A DNA stretch of 64,000 nucleotides from Candidatus Omnitrophota bacterium (GCA_035292445.1 DATDQB010000023.1:25533-89532); one strand, 5' to 3'. Counted from the first letter of the stretch, positions 18,546 to 29,447 are shown. Notes: generated by a model from the letters alone, not told the origin. Made by a program: numbers and translations.

Positions 18546-19401
18546 CAGGATAAAACAATTTTGGTTTGCCCCTTGTGATACGATTCGTTTGGATACGTTT
18601 CGTTTTGCGTTGGGGATCTTTCTTTTGCTTTACATGCACGAACGCTGGCTTTACGCCTCCGAGTGGCTGACGCCGGCGGGTTTTCACCCCTCCCCCGGAA
18701 ACCAGCCCTTTCATCCCTTAAGCGTTCCTTTGCTGCCGGAAGAGGCTTTGCCTTTTTTTGGGGCTGTCTTATTCGGCAGCATTTTCGCTTTTACCATCGG
18801 CTGGCATACCAAGTGGGTGGTTTGGGTGGTGTGGGCGTGTGTAAGTTATGTGACCTTTGCCGATCAGTACGCCGCTTATACTCTTAATAAATTGTCTGTC
18901 GTTTCTTTGTTCGTTCTGGCTTGCGCGAGTAAAGGGTCTTATTGGAGCGTTACCGATAGGAATATACCGCAGCAAAGCATTTGGGCAATCCGTATTTTAC
19001 AGGCGACTTTTGTGATTCAGTATTTTGCGGCCGGATGGAATAAGGCGGTTTTAGGGGATTGGCTGGACAGCCCCTTTATTTTATGGACGCACATGCAGGG
19101 GTATTATCGAACGGATGTCGCCGCCTGGTTATTGAATAATATACCCCTTAAAGGCTGGGCGTTCATGCAAATAAGCGCTTTATTGTTTGAGCTTCTTGTG
19201 CCGGTGCTTTTTATCATTCCTTCGGCGCGGCGCATCGGTTTTATCTGGGGAAGCTGTTTTCAGCTCATGATCGCCCTTTGCATGCATCAGCTCATTTATT
19301 TCATGTTGATCATGTGGTGTTTTTACATTGTTTTTATTGATGAAAAGACGCTGCATCGGTTCTATGATGTGTTTATACGAAAATTTAAGGTATTTAGATG
19401 A
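18535..19401 (+). CDS. HTTM / vitamin K-dependent carboxylase-like / SdpB-like membrane protein
   Basis: L..FRFALG, IGWHTK, IRILQ...YFAAGWNK..GDW, LLFELL.P.L; multiple TMs. Confidence 0.75.
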   Translation: MNFDRIKQFWFAPCDTIRLDTFRFALGIFLLLYMHERWLYASEWLTPAGFHPSPGNQPFHPLSVPLLPEEALPFFGAVLFGSIFAFTIGWHTKWVVWVVWACVSYVTFADQYAAYTLNKLSVVSLFVLACASKGSYWSVTDRNIPQQSIWAIRILQATFVIQYFAAGWNKAVLGDWLDSPFILWTHMQGYYRTDVAAWLLNNIPLKGWAFMQISALLFELLVPVLFIIPSARRIGFIWGSCFQLMIALCMHQLIYFMLIMWCFYIVFIDEKTLHRFYDVFIRKFKVFR

Positions 19402-19955
19402 AATCAGGCCCAGCGCATTTAAAACAAATAATTTTTATTGTCGTCGCTTTATGGGCTCCTTTTATAAGCGGGTGTGACCAGCTCTACCGGCTATTACACA
19501 AAGAAGGGGCTGAAGAAAAGAAGATTATCGGGGAGGCGGAAACCCTCGAAAAGAACCCGAACATCGAAGAAGTCCAGCTCCTGCTGAAGATCTACGGATA
19601 CGACCCCGGCCCCATAGACGGCTTATTCGGCGGGCGTACGCGGGATGCGATCAAGCGGTTCCAAGAAGATAACGGGCTCAACCCGTCCCGTTTTGTGGAC
19701 CAGCAAACATGGGAAAAGCTAAGGATTTTTAAAGACAACGGGTTAATTGTCGATGGCCAGCTTAATGTCGCGTTGATCCAAAAATTGTTGAAGGCCGCTG
19801 GCTTTAACCCCGGAGCGGCCGACGGGGCCTTGGGGGCGAAAACGAAAGCGACCATCCTCGCCTTTCAGAAGGCGCAGCAGTTGAAGGCGGACGGGAAAGT
19901 CGGCTATAAAACGCTTACCGCGCTTTTGCAGTATTTATCCTCCTCCCAACAATGA
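19398..19955 (+). CDS. Lipoprotein with two peptidoglycan-binding (PG_binding_1) domains
   Basis: Lipobox ISGC; VQLLLKIYGYDPGPIDGLFGGRTRDAIKRFQ and IQKLLKAAGFNPGAADGALGAKTKATILAFQ...DGKVG..T. Confidence 0.9.
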   Translation: MKSGPAHLKQIIFIVVALWAPFISGCDQLYRLLHKEGAEEKKIIGEAETLEKNPNIEEVQLLLKIYGYDPGPIDGLFGGRTRDAIKRFQEDNGLNPSRFVDQQTWEKLRIFKDNGLIVDGQLNVALIQKLLKAAGFNPGAADGALGAKTKATILAFQKAQQLKADGKVGYKTLTALLQYLSSSQQ

Positions 19956-20026
19956 AAGTCTTAAATTTTCTCGATTGATTTTTTGTTCTATGTTATGATT
20001 CTGTATTATTACTTTCAGGAAAGATC

Positions 20027-21163
20027 ATGAAAATCCATGAATATCAAGCTGTAGGCTTGTTTAAAAAAGCCGGTATACCGACTTCCGAAGGCAAGGTGGC
20101 CGTCCAGTTGAGCGAGGCGGTTTCCATCGCCAAGCGGCTGGGGTACCCGATTGTCTTAAAGGCCCAGGTTTTGGTCGGCGGCCGCGGCAAGGCCGGCGGG
20201 GTCAAGGTCGTTAGCACCCAGAAAGAGTTGGAAGAGAAATTTGAGCAGATAAGAAAGCTGAATATCAAAGGTTATGCCGTTGAACGGATTTACGTGGCCC
20301 GGGCCCTTGATATTAAGAAGGAATACTACCTCTCCTGCATTGTCGATAACAACGCAAGCGATGTGGTCGTTATCGCCAGCGCCGCCGGCGGCATTGACAT
20401 CGAGGAAACGGCCAAAACCAACCCCAAGGCGATAAAAAAGTTTTATTTAAACGGAAGCAGGCAACCGGATGCCAAGCAGCTGACCGCTTTTATCCATTCC
20501 GTTCTTACGAGCCCGGCCCACCAGAAGCAAGCCGTAGATATCGCTGAAAAATTGATTAAACTTTTTTTTGAAAATGATTGTTCGTTGGCGGAGATCAATC
20601 CATTGGTCGTTAATGAAAAGAATTCTTTGGTCGCCGGCGATGCCAAGGTCGTTCTGGATGATAACGGGCTCTTTCGCCATAAAGACCTTCAGGCGTTAAG
20701 AGATATCAAATATGAAGATTTGGATGAGCTGGAGGCCAAGGAAAAGAATTTGAGTTTTGTCAAGCTCGACGGCAACGTCGGTTGTATCGTCAATGGAGCG
20801 GGGCTGGCGATGGCAACCATGGACATCGTGAAGCTGGTCGGCGGGCAGCCGGCGAACTTCCTGGATGTGGGAGGAAGCTCGAATCCGGAAAAAGTGCTGA
20901 ACGCTTTAAAAATCATCCTGAAGAATAAAAACATCAAAGCCATTTTGATCAACATTTTCGGCGGCATCACCCGCTGCGATGATATTGCCCAAGGCATCAT
21001 CCAGGCCAGAGCACAGATCAACATTCCCGTTCCTTTGGTGGTGCGCTTAACCGGAACCAACGAAGAGATCGCCAAGAAAATGTTATTGACGGAAGGAATT
21101 CAAACCTTTGCCACGATGCGGGAGGGTGTCAACAGGGTTGTGGAGTTGGCGAGAAAAGTATGA
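20027..21163 (+). CDS. sucC: Succinyl-CoA synthetase beta subunit
   Basis: [59 protein letters not shown]. Confidence 0.96.
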   Translation: MKIHEYQAVGLFKKAGIPTSEGKVAVQLSEAVSIAKRLGYPIVLKAQVLVGGRGKAGGVKVVSTQKELEEKFEQIRKLNIKGYAVERIYVARALDIKKEYYLSCIVDNNASDVVVIASAAGGIDIEETAKTNPKAIKKFYLNGSRQPDAKQLTAFIHSVLTSPAHQKQAVDIAEKLIKLFFENDCSLAEINPLVVNEKNSLVAGDAKVVLDDNGLFRHKDLQALRDIKYEDLDELEAKEKNLSFVKLDGNVGCIVNGAGLAMATMDIVKLVGGQPANFLDVGGSSNPEKVLNALKIILKNKNIKAILINIFGGITRCDDIAQGIIQARAQINIPVPLVVRLTGTNEEIAKKMLLTEGIQTFATMREGVNRVVELARKV

Positions 21164-22029
21164 GTATTCTGATTGACAGCTCATCTAAGGTTATTGTCCA
21201 GGGCATTACCGGCCGGGACGGCTCTTTTCATGCCGAACGCATGAAGGAATACGGCACCAAAATTGTCGGCGGTGTCACCCCGGGCAAAGGCGGCCAGGAA
21301 GCGGCCGGCGTTCCGGTTTTTAATACGGTTAAAGAAGCTAAAAAAAAGACAGGTGCGGATACAGCGGTCATTTATGTGCCGGCGGCGTTTGCGAAAGCGG
21401 CTGTCTTGGAAGATATCGAGGCCGGTATGGAGCTGGTGATCTGTATTACCGAAGGGATCCCGGTCTTGGACATGGTTGAGGTGGCCAGGGCGTTGAAAAA
21501 ATCCAAAACGCGCCTTATCGGCCCCAACTGCCCTGGGGTTATATCTCCAGGCAAGTCAAAGGTAGGTATTATGCCGGGGCATATTCATAAGCCCGGTCCC
21601 ATCGGAGTTGTTTCCAGAAGCGGAACTCTCACATATGAAGTTGTTTATAACCTGACGTTAGGCGGGTTGGGCCAATCCACATGCGTTGGCTTGGGCGGCG
21701 ACCCTATTATAGGCACCCGTTTTGTCGAGGTCCTGGAAATGTTTATGAAGGATAAAGAGACAAAAGGGGTTGTCATGGTGGGGGAGATCGGTGGCCATGA
21801 TGAGCAGGCCGCAGCCGTGTACATCAAAAAACACGCCAAAAAACCCATTGTCGGCTTCATCGCCGGGCGCACCGCCCCTGAAGGAAAGCGCATGGGCCAT
21901 GCGGGGGCCATTATATCCTCCGGAGAGAGCACGGCCGAGGCCAAACGCCGCGTTCTTTCGGATGCGGGCGTTATAGTCGTTGATTTTCCCGATGAAATTC
22001 CTACCGTTTTTAAACAAAAGCTGAAATAA
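21160..22029 (+). CDS. sucD: Succinyl-CoA synthetase alpha subunit
   Basis: [43 protein letters not shown]. Confidence 0.97.
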   Translation: MSILIDSSSKVIVQGITGRDGSFHAERMKEYGTKIVGGVTPGKGGQEAAGVPVFNTVKEAKKKTGADTAVIYVPAAFAKAAVLEDIEAGMELVICITEGIPVLDMVEVARALKKSKTRLIGPNCPGVISPGKSKVGIMPGHIHKPGPIGVVSRSGTLTYEVVYNLTLGGLGQSTCVGLGGDPIIGTRFVEVLEMFMKDKETKGVVMVGEIGGHDEQAAAVYIKKHAKKPIVGFIAGRTAPEGKRMGHAGAIISSGESTAEAKRRVLSDAGVIVVDFPDEIPTVFKQKLK

Positions 22030-22081
22030 ATTCCCCGCCCCGCATCAATCGTATTATAATATTTAAATCCAAAGGATTCCT

Positions 22082-23185
22082 ATGCCCCGCAAGCGGCTTA
22101 AAAACATATTTCTTTCCTCCATTCATCAAAACGCCGGCAAGACCACCATGTCGGTCGGGCTTTTCAAGGTGTTTCAAGAGCGGCGGATCAAAACGGCCTT
22201 TCTAAAGCCGGTCGGCCAGGAGGTGGTCAATATCGGGGAGCGCAATATCGATAAGGATTCGTACCTCATCGGCAGTGTTTTCCGCATCGGCCGGCGTTAT
22301 CATGAAATGAATCCGGTCACCATCGGCCGCGGCTATACCGAAAAGTATATTTTCAACCCCCATAAAGAACAGCTTCAATCGGCCATTGAGCAATCGTTTC
22401 ACAGCTTGACCAAGGGAAAAGACGCCATCATCGTTGAGGGAACGGGCCATGCGGGCGTGGGTTCCGTTATCGATTTTTCGAACGCGGATGTGGCCAAATT
22501 GTTGGGGTCGAAAGTGATCATTGTCAGCGAGGGAGGCATCGGCAAATGCATTGACGAAGTGATCTTAAACAAGGGGCTGTTCGATTTGCGCGGCGTTGAG
22601 GTGCTGGGGGTTATCGTCAATAAAGTCATGCCGGAGAAATTTCAAAAGGTCAAAAGGGCGCTCACTCAAGGATTTGAGAATAAAGGGATTCGTCTGTTAG
22701 GCATCGTCCCGGTCGACCCGTTGCTTAGTGCCCCAACGGTGGAGCAGGTCAGGGACCGGCTTAATTTGCGGTTACTTTGCGGCCGGGCCAGCATCAGGCG
22801 CCGCATTAAAGACACGATCGTCGCCGCCATGGAGCCGCACAACATGATTCATTATCTTAAAGACGGTACGCTCGTCATCACTTCAGGGGATCGGGTGGAC
22901 AATATTTTATTAGCCGTCAGTTCCCATGTGGTCGGGGACGGGCGGAGTTTCCAGATTTCGGGGATTATATTAACCGGCGGGCTTAAGCCGAACCCGGAGA
23001 TCATCGATCTTTTGAAAAAAAGCCATATTCCCGTTATGTTGACGCGGGAAGATACGTATGCGGTGGCGGCGAAAATCGAACATTTGGTCTGTAAGATCCA
23101 AAAAACGGATAAGGATAAAATCGAAGAAGCGACCCAGCTTGTTAAAGAACATATTGATTACGAGTATATTATTAACAATGCCTAG
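22082..23185 (+). CDS. BioD-like (AAA_26) + DRTGG protein (Pta N-terminal region without the catalytic domain)
   Basis: NAGKTT, FLKPVG, IVEGTGHAGVGS, VITSGDRVD, IILTGG. Confidence 0.85.
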   Translation: MPRKRLKNIFLSSIHQNAGKTTMSVGLFKVFQERRIKTAFLKPVGQEVVNIGERNIDKDSYLIGSVFRIGRRYHEMNPVTIGRGYTEKYIFNPHKEQLQSAIEQSFHSLTKGKDAIIVEGTGHAGVGSVIDFSNADVAKLLGSKVIIVSEGGIGKCIDEVILNKGLFDLRGVEVLGVIVNKVMPEKFQKVKRALTQGFENKGIRLLGIVPVDPLLSAPTVEQVRDRLNLRLLCGRASIRRRIKDTIVAAMEPHNMIHYLKDGTLVITSGDRVDNILLAVSSHVVGDGRSFQISGIILTGGLKPNPEIIDLLKKSHIPVMLTREDTYAVAAKIEHLVCKIQKTDKDKIEEATQLVKEHIDYEYIINNA

Positions 23186-23321
23186 GTTATTTAAGGGAAA
23201 AAGAGCCCGATAATTAATCGTAATATTTTATTGATTCCTCCGGGGCAAAGGGATAATATACCAATTTATTCTAATCCTTTCGTAGTCAAATCTTTAAAAA
23301 TAATCAGCTAAAGAGCAAGAA

Positions 23322-23342
23322 TATCCGGTTAATAACCGGATA
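23322..23342. promoter_or_regulatory. Perfect 21-bp palindrome next to the nqrA RBS
   Basis: TATCCGGTTA-A-TAACCGGATA abutting AAGGA. Confidence 0.4.
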
Positions 23343-23356
23343 AGGACAAATGTCTT

Positions 23357-24706
23357 ATGGCGCATTTCCAAATACGCAAAGGGCGGGATATCAAATTAAA
23401 GGGGGCGGCTGAGAAGAGGGTTGTCGGGCTACCGCTTCCGTCCAAGGTCGCCATTCAGCCTTTGGAATTTCGCGGACTTAAATTGCGCCCTGCGGTCAAA
23501 GAGCAGGATCTGGTCAAAGTCGGAAGCGTTTTATTGACCGATAAATATAACCCTGATATTAGGATCGTTTCTCCGGTGAGCGGTAAGGTCGCCGCGATCG
23601 TCCGCGGCGAAAAAAGAGTGCTGACAGCTGTTATCATTGATACCGACGGTAGACAAGAAGCCACTATCTACCCGCCATATTCTAAAGACAAAATCGGAAA
23701 CCTATCACGAGAAGAGATCCTCAGCCGCCTTTTGGAAGGCGGCGTCTGGCCGTGTATCCGCCAAAGGCCATTTTCCAAAGTAGCCAATCCGCACGATACG
23801 CCAAAAGCGGTTTTTGTTCAGGCCATGAATACGGAACCGTTGGCCCCGGATATCGATGTGATCCTTAAGGGCCGGGAAGAAGAGTTTCAGGCCGGATTAG
23901 ATGTATTAAGGAAGTTAACTCCCGGGGATGTCCATTTGTGCTGTGATGCCAAGGCAACCTCGCCCGTTTCAAGTCAATCGAAAAATGTCCGCATTCATCA
24001 GTTTTCCGGCCCTCATCCGGCCGGTAACGTCAGCACCCACATCCACCACATCGCCCCGATTAAAAAAGGGGATATTGTTTGGTATGTGCGCGCGGAAGAT
24101 GTCTTGCGCGTTGCTGCGCTTTTCTTAAAAGGCGTGTTTTCGCCGGAGCGTTATGTGGCTATTACGGGAGAAGGGGCGGATAGGCGCCTTTACGCTAAAA
24201 CAGTTGTCGGCGCCTCTGTCAGCAGTCTTTTGGAAGGGAAGCTCAAAGCCGATATGCGCTATATTTCAGGAAGCATTTTGGTCGGGACCAATGCCGGGCA
24301 ACAGGGGTATCTGGGCTTTTATGATTCGCAGATTACGGTTATTCCTGAGGGTGGCAAGAGGCATCTTTTGGGATGGCTGAACCCGGGCTTTAAGTCCTAT
24401 AGTTTTTCGAAAACGTTTGTTTCGTCTTTTTTGCCGCAGCAAGAAGTCAGCGTGGATACGGACATTAACGGCAGTGAGCGCGCGATTGTGTTAAATCATG
24501 TTTATGACCAGTATGTTCCCCTCGATATTATGACATTTTTTCTTCTTCGGGCGGTGGTGGCCGGTGACATTGAAGAGGCCGAGAAGTTGGGGATTTTGGA
24601 GTGCGATGAGGAAGATTTTGCCCTTTGTTCTTTTGCTTGTCCTTCAAAAGTGGATGTGGGTGCGGTTATCCGCGGCGGGCTTGATGAGATCGAAAAAGAA
24701 GGATAA
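23357..24706 (+). CDS. nqrA: Na+-translocating NADH:quinone reductase subunit A
   Basis: IRKGRDIKLKG, SPVSGKV...RGEKRVL, FSGPHPAGNV, LECDEEDFALCSFACPSK. Confidence 0.96.
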   Translation: MAHFQIRKGRDIKLKGAAEKRVVGLPLPSKVAIQPLEFRGLKLRPAVKEQDLVKVGSVLLTDKYNPDIRIVSPVSGKVAAIVRGEKRVLTAVIIDTDGRQEATIYPPYSKDKIGNLSREEILSRLLEGGVWPCIRQRPFSKVANPHDTPKAVFVQAMNTEPLAPDIDVILKGREEEFQAGLDVLRKLTPGDVHLCCDAKATSPVSSQSKNVRIHQFSGPHPAGNVSTHIHHIAPIKKGDIVWYVRAEDVLRVAALFLKGVFSPERYVAITGEGADRRLYAKTVVGASVSSLLEGKLKADMRYISGSILVGTNAGQQGYLGFYDSQITVIPEGGKRHLLGWLNPGFKSYSFSKTFVSSFLPQQEVSVDTDINGSERAIVLNHVYDQYVPLDIMTFFLLRAVVAGDIEEAEKLGILECDEEDFALCSFACPSKVDVGAVIRGGLDEIEKEG

Positions 24707-24724
24707 AAAATTTAAGGCACATCG

Positions 24725-25897
24725 ATGAAATTACTTGAAAAACAATTGAAAAAGATCGAACATCTTTTCGAAAAGGGGAAACCGTTGGAGAAATTTTATC
24801 CCCTTTTTGAGGCGCTCGATACTTTTTTAATGACACCGGGCAAAGTTACCCAAAGGGGGCCGCACATCCGTGATGCGGTGGATATTAAAAGAGTCATGGT
24901 ATTTGTCATCATCGCGCTTATTCCAACAACTTTGATGGGGATTTACAATGCGGGGTATCAGATATTGGTTGCCAAGGGATTGTCTGCGGATTTCGGACAA
25001 TGCTGGCTTTTGGGCGCGCAAAAAATCATCCCGATCATCCTGGTTTCTTATTTAGCCGGCGGGGTATGGGAAGTCTTATTCGCCGTTGTTCGTAAGCATG
25101 AGATCAATGAAGGATTTTTGGTCACCGGCCTTCTTTTTCCCTTAACGTTGCCGCCGGACATGCCGTTATGGCAAGTGGCGGTTGGTATTTCTTTTGGCGT
25201 TGTTTTTGGAAAAGAGATTTTCGGCGGGACAGGGATGAATATCTTTAACCCGGCATTAGTGGCGCGGGCGTTCGTGTTTTTCGCCTATCCGGCGCAAATG
25301 TCAGGCTCGAACATTTGGGTGGCGGTCGATGGCTTCACGCGCGCCACACCCTTGGCCGTTGCCAAGGAGATCGCCAAAGGCCAGCCGGTGTTGCAGGGAT
25401 TACAGGATGCTGGGTACAACTTAAGCAATATGTTCTATGGTTTTATTCCCGGCTCTATCGGAGAAACCTCGGCCTTGGCGTGTGTTATCGGGCTTATTTT
25501 CCTTTTAATTACGGGAGTGGCCAGCTGGAGAACGGTTGCCGGCTCTGTTTTTGGGATGTTGGCGATGGCCAGTGTTTTTTATCTTTTGCGCGGGCCCGAT
25601 AAATTGGCCATTTTCGCGCTTCCGCCGCACTGGCATTTGGTGATGGGAGGCTTCGCCTTTGGAGCCGTGTTCATGGTGACGGATCCGGTTTCTTCGTGTT
25701 ACACTGATGCGGGCCGCTGGATCTTCGGATTTTTAGTCGGGGTATTAACGATCCTTATCCGGGTGGTCAATCCGGCGTACCCCGAGGGGGTCATGCTCTC
25801 GATTTTATTTATGAATGCCTTTGCGCCTTTAATTGACCATTTTGTGGTGGAGGCGCACATTGGAAAAAGACAGAAGTTTCTTAGTAAAACAATATAA
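24725..25897 (+). CDS. nqrB: Na+-NQR subunit B
   Basis: PHIRDAVDIKRVM, HEINEGFLVT, KEIFGGTG, DGFTRATPL (FMN-Thr), GSIGETS, TDPVS. Confidence 0.97.
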   Translation: MKLLEKQLKKIEHLFEKGKPLEKFYPLFEALDTFLMTPGKVTQRGPHIRDAVDIKRVMVFVIIALIPTTLMGIYNAGYQILVAKGLSADFGQCWLLGAQKIIPIILVSYLAGGVWEVLFAVVRKHEINEGFLVTGLLFPLTLPPDMPLWQVAVGISFGVVFGKEIFGGTGMNIFNPALVARAFVFFAYPAQMSGSNIWVAVDGFTRATPLAVAKEIAKGQPVLQGLQDAGYNLSNMFYGFIPGSIGETSALACVIGLIFLLITGVASWRTVAGSVFGMLAMASVFYLLRGPDKLAIFALPPHWHLVMGGFAFGAVFMVTDPVSSCYTDAGRWIFGFLVGVLTILIRVVNPAYPEGVMLSILFMNAFAPLIDHFVVEAHIGKRQKFLSKTI

Positions 25898-25900
25898 GCC

Positions 25901-26629
25901 ATGATTGATACAAAAAGTAACCAATATGCCTTTATTTTCGCGATCATTGTTTGTGTGGTTTGCGGCGTTTTGCTTTCGGCGGTTTCCGAAGGCTTAAGAA
26001 AACGCCAGGAGATCAACGTGGATTTGGATATTAAGAAAAATATTCTCAAGGCGGTTGTTTTGGAGGTGCCCATTCCACAGAAGGCAAAGCCGCAAGAGGT
26101 CCTTGAGATTTATAAAACCAAGATAGAAGAGCATGTCATTGATGGGCAAGGAAATATCATTGAGGGCCGAAAGCCGGCGGATATTAAGAAGGGTGAAAAA
26201 GGGGTTTATCCCTTGTATATTTATAGTGAAGGCGGGAAAGTCAAATCCTATGCTTTTCCTATCGTTGGACAAGGGCTGTGGTCGACGCTTTACGGTTATT
26301 TGGCGCTGGAGGGGGATGCCACCACGGTGCGGGGGATCACTTTTTATAAGCACGGAGAAACGCCGGGGCTGGGCGCTGAAATAGAAAAAGCGTGGTTTCA
26401 GGACAATTTTAAAGGAAAGACGATTTATTCCATTAAAAAGCAAGAGTTAACGCCTATTGCGGTGGTTAAGGGTAAAGCGGCGGATGTTTATCAAGATAAT
26501 CCCGAGGCGGCCAAATATCATGTGGACGGTATTACGGCGGCAACGATAACCAGCAGCGGTGTCACGGAAATGATGGACCGCACGCTGAGGGCGTACGAGC
26601 CGTATTTTAGCAAGGTCAGAAAAATATAG
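25901..26629 (+). CDS. nqrC: Na+-NQR subunit C
   Basis: GQGLWSTLYGY, HGETPGLGAEI, VDGITAATITS (FMN-Thr). Confidence 0.96.
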   Translation: MIDTKSNQYAFIFAIIVCVVCGVLLSAVSEGLRKRQEINVDLDIKKNILKAVVLEVPIPQKAKPQEVLEIYKTKIEEHVIDGQGNIIEGRKPADIKKGEKGVYPLYIYSEGGKVKSYAFPIVGQGLWSTLYGYLALEGDATTVRGITFYKHGETPGLGAEIEKAWFQDNFKGKTIYSIKKQELTPIAVVKGKAADVYQDNPEAAKYHVDGITAATITSSGVTEMMDRTLRAYEPYFSKVRKI

Positions 26630-26704
26630 TTCTCGCTGGATGCGGTTAAAGCGCTTGTATTGAGAGCGCAGGCATATTAATATTAAATCAAGGAGGCTAA
26701 ACCA

Positions 26705-27340
26705 ATGGCCGAAGCACTATTATCGAAGAAAAATAAAAAACTTGTTAAAGATGGTCTATGGGATGCCAATCCCCTTACCTTTCAAGTCTTAGGGATTTGT
26801 TCGTCGCTTGCGGTCACCACTCAGCTTAAGACGTCGTTGATCATGGCTTTTGGGCTCACGTTTGTTACAGCGATGTCGAATGTCGTGATTTCCTTAATGA
26901 GGAATTATATTCCCTCGAAAATTCGCATCATCGTTCAGCTGACGGTTGTTTCCGCCTTGGTAATCACAATTGACCAGATTTTGAAGGCGTACATGTACGA
27001 TGCCAGCAAACAGCTGAGCGTTTTTGTCGGGTTGATCATCACTAACTGTATTGTTGTGGGGCGCCTCGAAGCCTTTGCCATGAGCAATCCGCCATGGAAA
27101 TCGTTTTTGGATGGATTGGGAAATGGTTTGGGATACAGCGCCGTTTTGGTTATCTTAGGGATCATCAGGGAAATTTTTGGAAGCGGCACTTTATTGGGAT
27201 ATCACGTGATACCACGTTCTTTTTACGACGCCGGTTATGTGAATAACGGCATGCTGGTTTTGGCCCCGGGGGCGTTTTTCCTGTTGGGCTGTATTATCTG
27301 GATCCAACGGGCCATTTCAGGCTATGCGGAGGTGAAGTAA
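26705..27340 (+). CDS. nqrD: Na+-NQR subunit D
   Basis: [33 protein letters not shown]. Confidence 0.97.
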   Translation: MAEALLSKKNKKLVKDGLWDANPLTFQVLGICSSLAVTTQLKTSLIMAFGLTFVTAMSNVVISLMRNYIPSKIRIIVQLTVVSALVITIDQILKAYMYDASKQLSVFVGLIITNCIVVGRLEAFAMSNPPWKSFLDGLGNGLGYSAVLVILGIIREIFGSGTLLGYHVIPRSFYDAGYVNNGMLVLAPGAFFLLGCIIWIQRAISGYAEVK

Positions 27341-27341
27341 A

Positions 27342-27950
27342 ATGATCCATTATGTCAATCTCGCCATAAAAAGTATTTTCGTCGAGAATATCCTTTTGGC
27401 TTTCTTTTTAGGGATGTGTTCTTTCCTGGCGTGCTCCAAAAAAGTTGAAACAGCCGTCGGCTTGGGTTTTGCGGTCGTGTTCGTTTTAACGATCACCACT
27501 CCGATTTGCTGGGCGGTTAAGAATTTTTTGCTTAAAAAAGGCGCGCTGGCTTGGACGGGTTTGTCCGATATCGACCTAAGCTTCCTGATTTTCATTTCTT
27601 TTATTGCCGTTATCGCGGCCATGACGCAAATTGTCGAAATGCTCGTAGAAAAATTAAGCCCGGCGTTATATAACGCTTTAGGGATTTTCTTGCCGCTTAT
27701 TGCGGTTAATTGCGCGATTTTAGGGGCGGCGCTTTTTATGGATCAGCGCAATTACAATTTCCCGGAATCGATCGTTTTCGGTTTTGGTTCCGGGGTGGGC
27801 TGGGCGTTGGCCATCATTTCCATGTCGGCCATTCGTAAAAAGCTTGATTATTCGAACATCCCCGCTCCGTTAAGAGGGCTTGGTATCACGATGCTTTTAA
27901 CAGGACTGATGTCGGTCGGCTTCATGTGCTTTGCCGGCATCAGACTTTAA
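27342..27950 (+). CDS. nqrE: Na+-NQR subunit E
   Basis: [32 protein letters not shown]. Confidence 0.97.
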   Translation: MIHYVNLAIKSIFVENILLAFFLGMCSFLACSKKVETAVGLGFAVVFVLTITTPICWAVKNFLLKKGALAWTGLSDIDLSFLIFISFIAVIAAMTQIVEMLVEKLSPALYNALGIFLPLIAVNCAILGAALFMDQRNYNFPESIVFGFGSGVGWALAIISMSAIRKKLDYSNIPAPLRGLGITMLLTGLMSVGFMCFAGIRL

Positions 27951-27976
27951 TAAAATTTTAGGATAAGGAAAGAAGT

Positions 27977-29209
27977 GTGGAGCTTTTAGGTTTTGTTACT
28001 ATTAGTACGGTTGTTTTTACCGGGCTTATCGTTCTTTTGGTCGCGATTCTTTCGTTCATCGAGGCCAAAGTCGTCAAAGCCGGAAATTGCAAGGTCTACA
28101 TCAATGATGATCCTAATCCTCTTCTTGTGTCCGCTGGGAAAAGCCTTCTTTTTACGCTAGCCAACACAAAAATTTTTCTTCCCTCCGCCTGCGGCGGCGG
28201 CGGCACCTGCGCGATGTGCAAATGCCAAGTGCTTGAAGGCGGCGGCAACATTTTGCCTACGGAAACCGGACAATTGACCCGCCGGGAACAAAAAAATCAT
28301 TACCGATTATCCTGCCAGGTGAAAGTCAGGAATGATCTTAAGATCCGCATTCCCGATGAGGTTTTTCATATTCAAAAATTTGACTGCACGGTTGTCAGCA
28401 ACAAAAATGTGGCCACGTTCATCAAAGAGCTCGTTCTAAAGCTTCCCGAAGGGCAAAATCTTAATTTCAAGGCTGGCGGTTATATTCAGATTGATGTTCC
28501 GGAATACGCGCTTACTTTCAAGGATTTTAAGATCGAAGAGAAATACCATCCCGATTGGAATAGATATAATCTGTGGGACCTGAAAGCCCAAAACGATGAG
28601 TCGACTTTCCGCGCGTATTCGATGGCCAACCATCCGGCCGAGGGCAATATCGTCATGCTTAATGTCCGAATCGCCACGCCTCCGCCGCGCGATATGAGCC
28701 TGCCCCCCGGCAAAGCCTCTTCCTACATGTTTAATCTTAAGCCAGGAGACAAAGTAGCGATCAGCGGGCCATACGGTGAATTTTTTATTAAGGATACCAA
28801 ACGCGAGATGCTTTATATTGGCGGCGGCGCTGGAATGGCGCCCATGCGAAGCCATTTGTTTCATTTATTTCATACGCTTAAAACCCGCGATCGAAAGGTC
28901 AGTTATTGGTACGGCGCCCGGTCAGTCAGAGAGATGTTTTATACCGAAGATTTTAAGAATATCGAAGCAAATTTTCCTAACTTCTCTTATCACATTGCCC
29001 TTTCAGAGCCGCTTCCCGAAGATAATTGGAGCGGGCCAAAGGGCTTTATCCACCAAGTCGTGTATGAGCAGTACCTTAAAAACCATCCTGAACCCGAAGA
29101 AGTTGAATACTATCTTTGTGGCCCACCTATGATGATCGATGCCGTCCAAAAAATGTTGGATTCTTTGGGCGTCCCTAAAGAGATGATCGCATTCGATTCG
29201 TTTGGATAA
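27977..29209 (+). CDS. nqrF: Na+-NQR subunit F
   Basis: [12 protein letters not shown] 2Fe-2S motif, [30 protein letters not shown]. Confidence 0.98.
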   Translation: MELLGFVTISTVVFTGLIVLLVAILSFIEAKVVKAGNCKVYINDDPNPLLVSAGKSLLFTLANTKIFLPSACGGGGTCAMCKCQVLEGGGNILPTETGQLTRREQKNHYRLSCQVKVRNDLKIRIPDEVFHIQKFDCTVVSNKNVATFIKELVLKLPEGQNLNFKAGGYIQIDVPEYALTFKDFKIEEKYHPDWNRYNLWDLKAQNDESTFRAYSMANHPAEGNIVMLNVRIATPPPRDMSLPPGKASSYMFNLKPGDKVAISGPYGEFFIKDTKREMLYIGGGAGMAPMRSHLFHLFHTLKTRDRKVSYWYGARSVREMFYTEDFKNIEANFPNFSYHIALSEPLPEDNWSGPKGFIHQVVYEQYLKNHPEPEEVEYYLCGPPMMIDAVQKMLDSLGVPKEMIAFDSFG

Positions 29210-29283
29210 TAGTATAGGGTTAATAGTCAATAGTTAATAGGATCATGTCTTATCAGGCAGGCACTATTTACCATTAACTATTA
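29207..29283. repeat. Heptamer-periodic inverted repeat (unit TAATAGT / ACTATTA)
   Basis: taatagt atagggt taatagt caatagt taatagg ... actattt accatta actatta; sits between the convergent stops of nqrF and nqrM. Confidence 0.75.
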
Positions 29284-29447
29284 GCAGGTTTTTCACATTC
29301 GTCAGGGTCTTTCCCCTCTTTAAGGCAGGCGCAATCATCCGGCGATAACCCACAGCCGCGCTGGAGGGCTTTGCGTTTGATGAGGAGCCCAACGGCCATG
29401 GCTGCAAAGCAAATGGCGAGAATGATTAGAGTGGCAAGAAGGTTCAT
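29274..29447 (-). CDS. nqrM: NqrM-like Na+-NQR maturation protein (57 aa, not in the ORF track)
   Basis: Manual translation MNLLATLIILAICFAAMAVGLLIKRKALQRGCGLSPDDCACLKEGKDPDECEKPANS*: TM with AMAVG, then a Cys-rich tail as in NqrM/DUF539; adjacent to nqrF. Confidence 0.75.
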   Translation of the reverse strand: MNLLATLIILAICFAAMAVGLLIKRKALQRGCGLSPDDCACLKEGKDPDECEKPANS

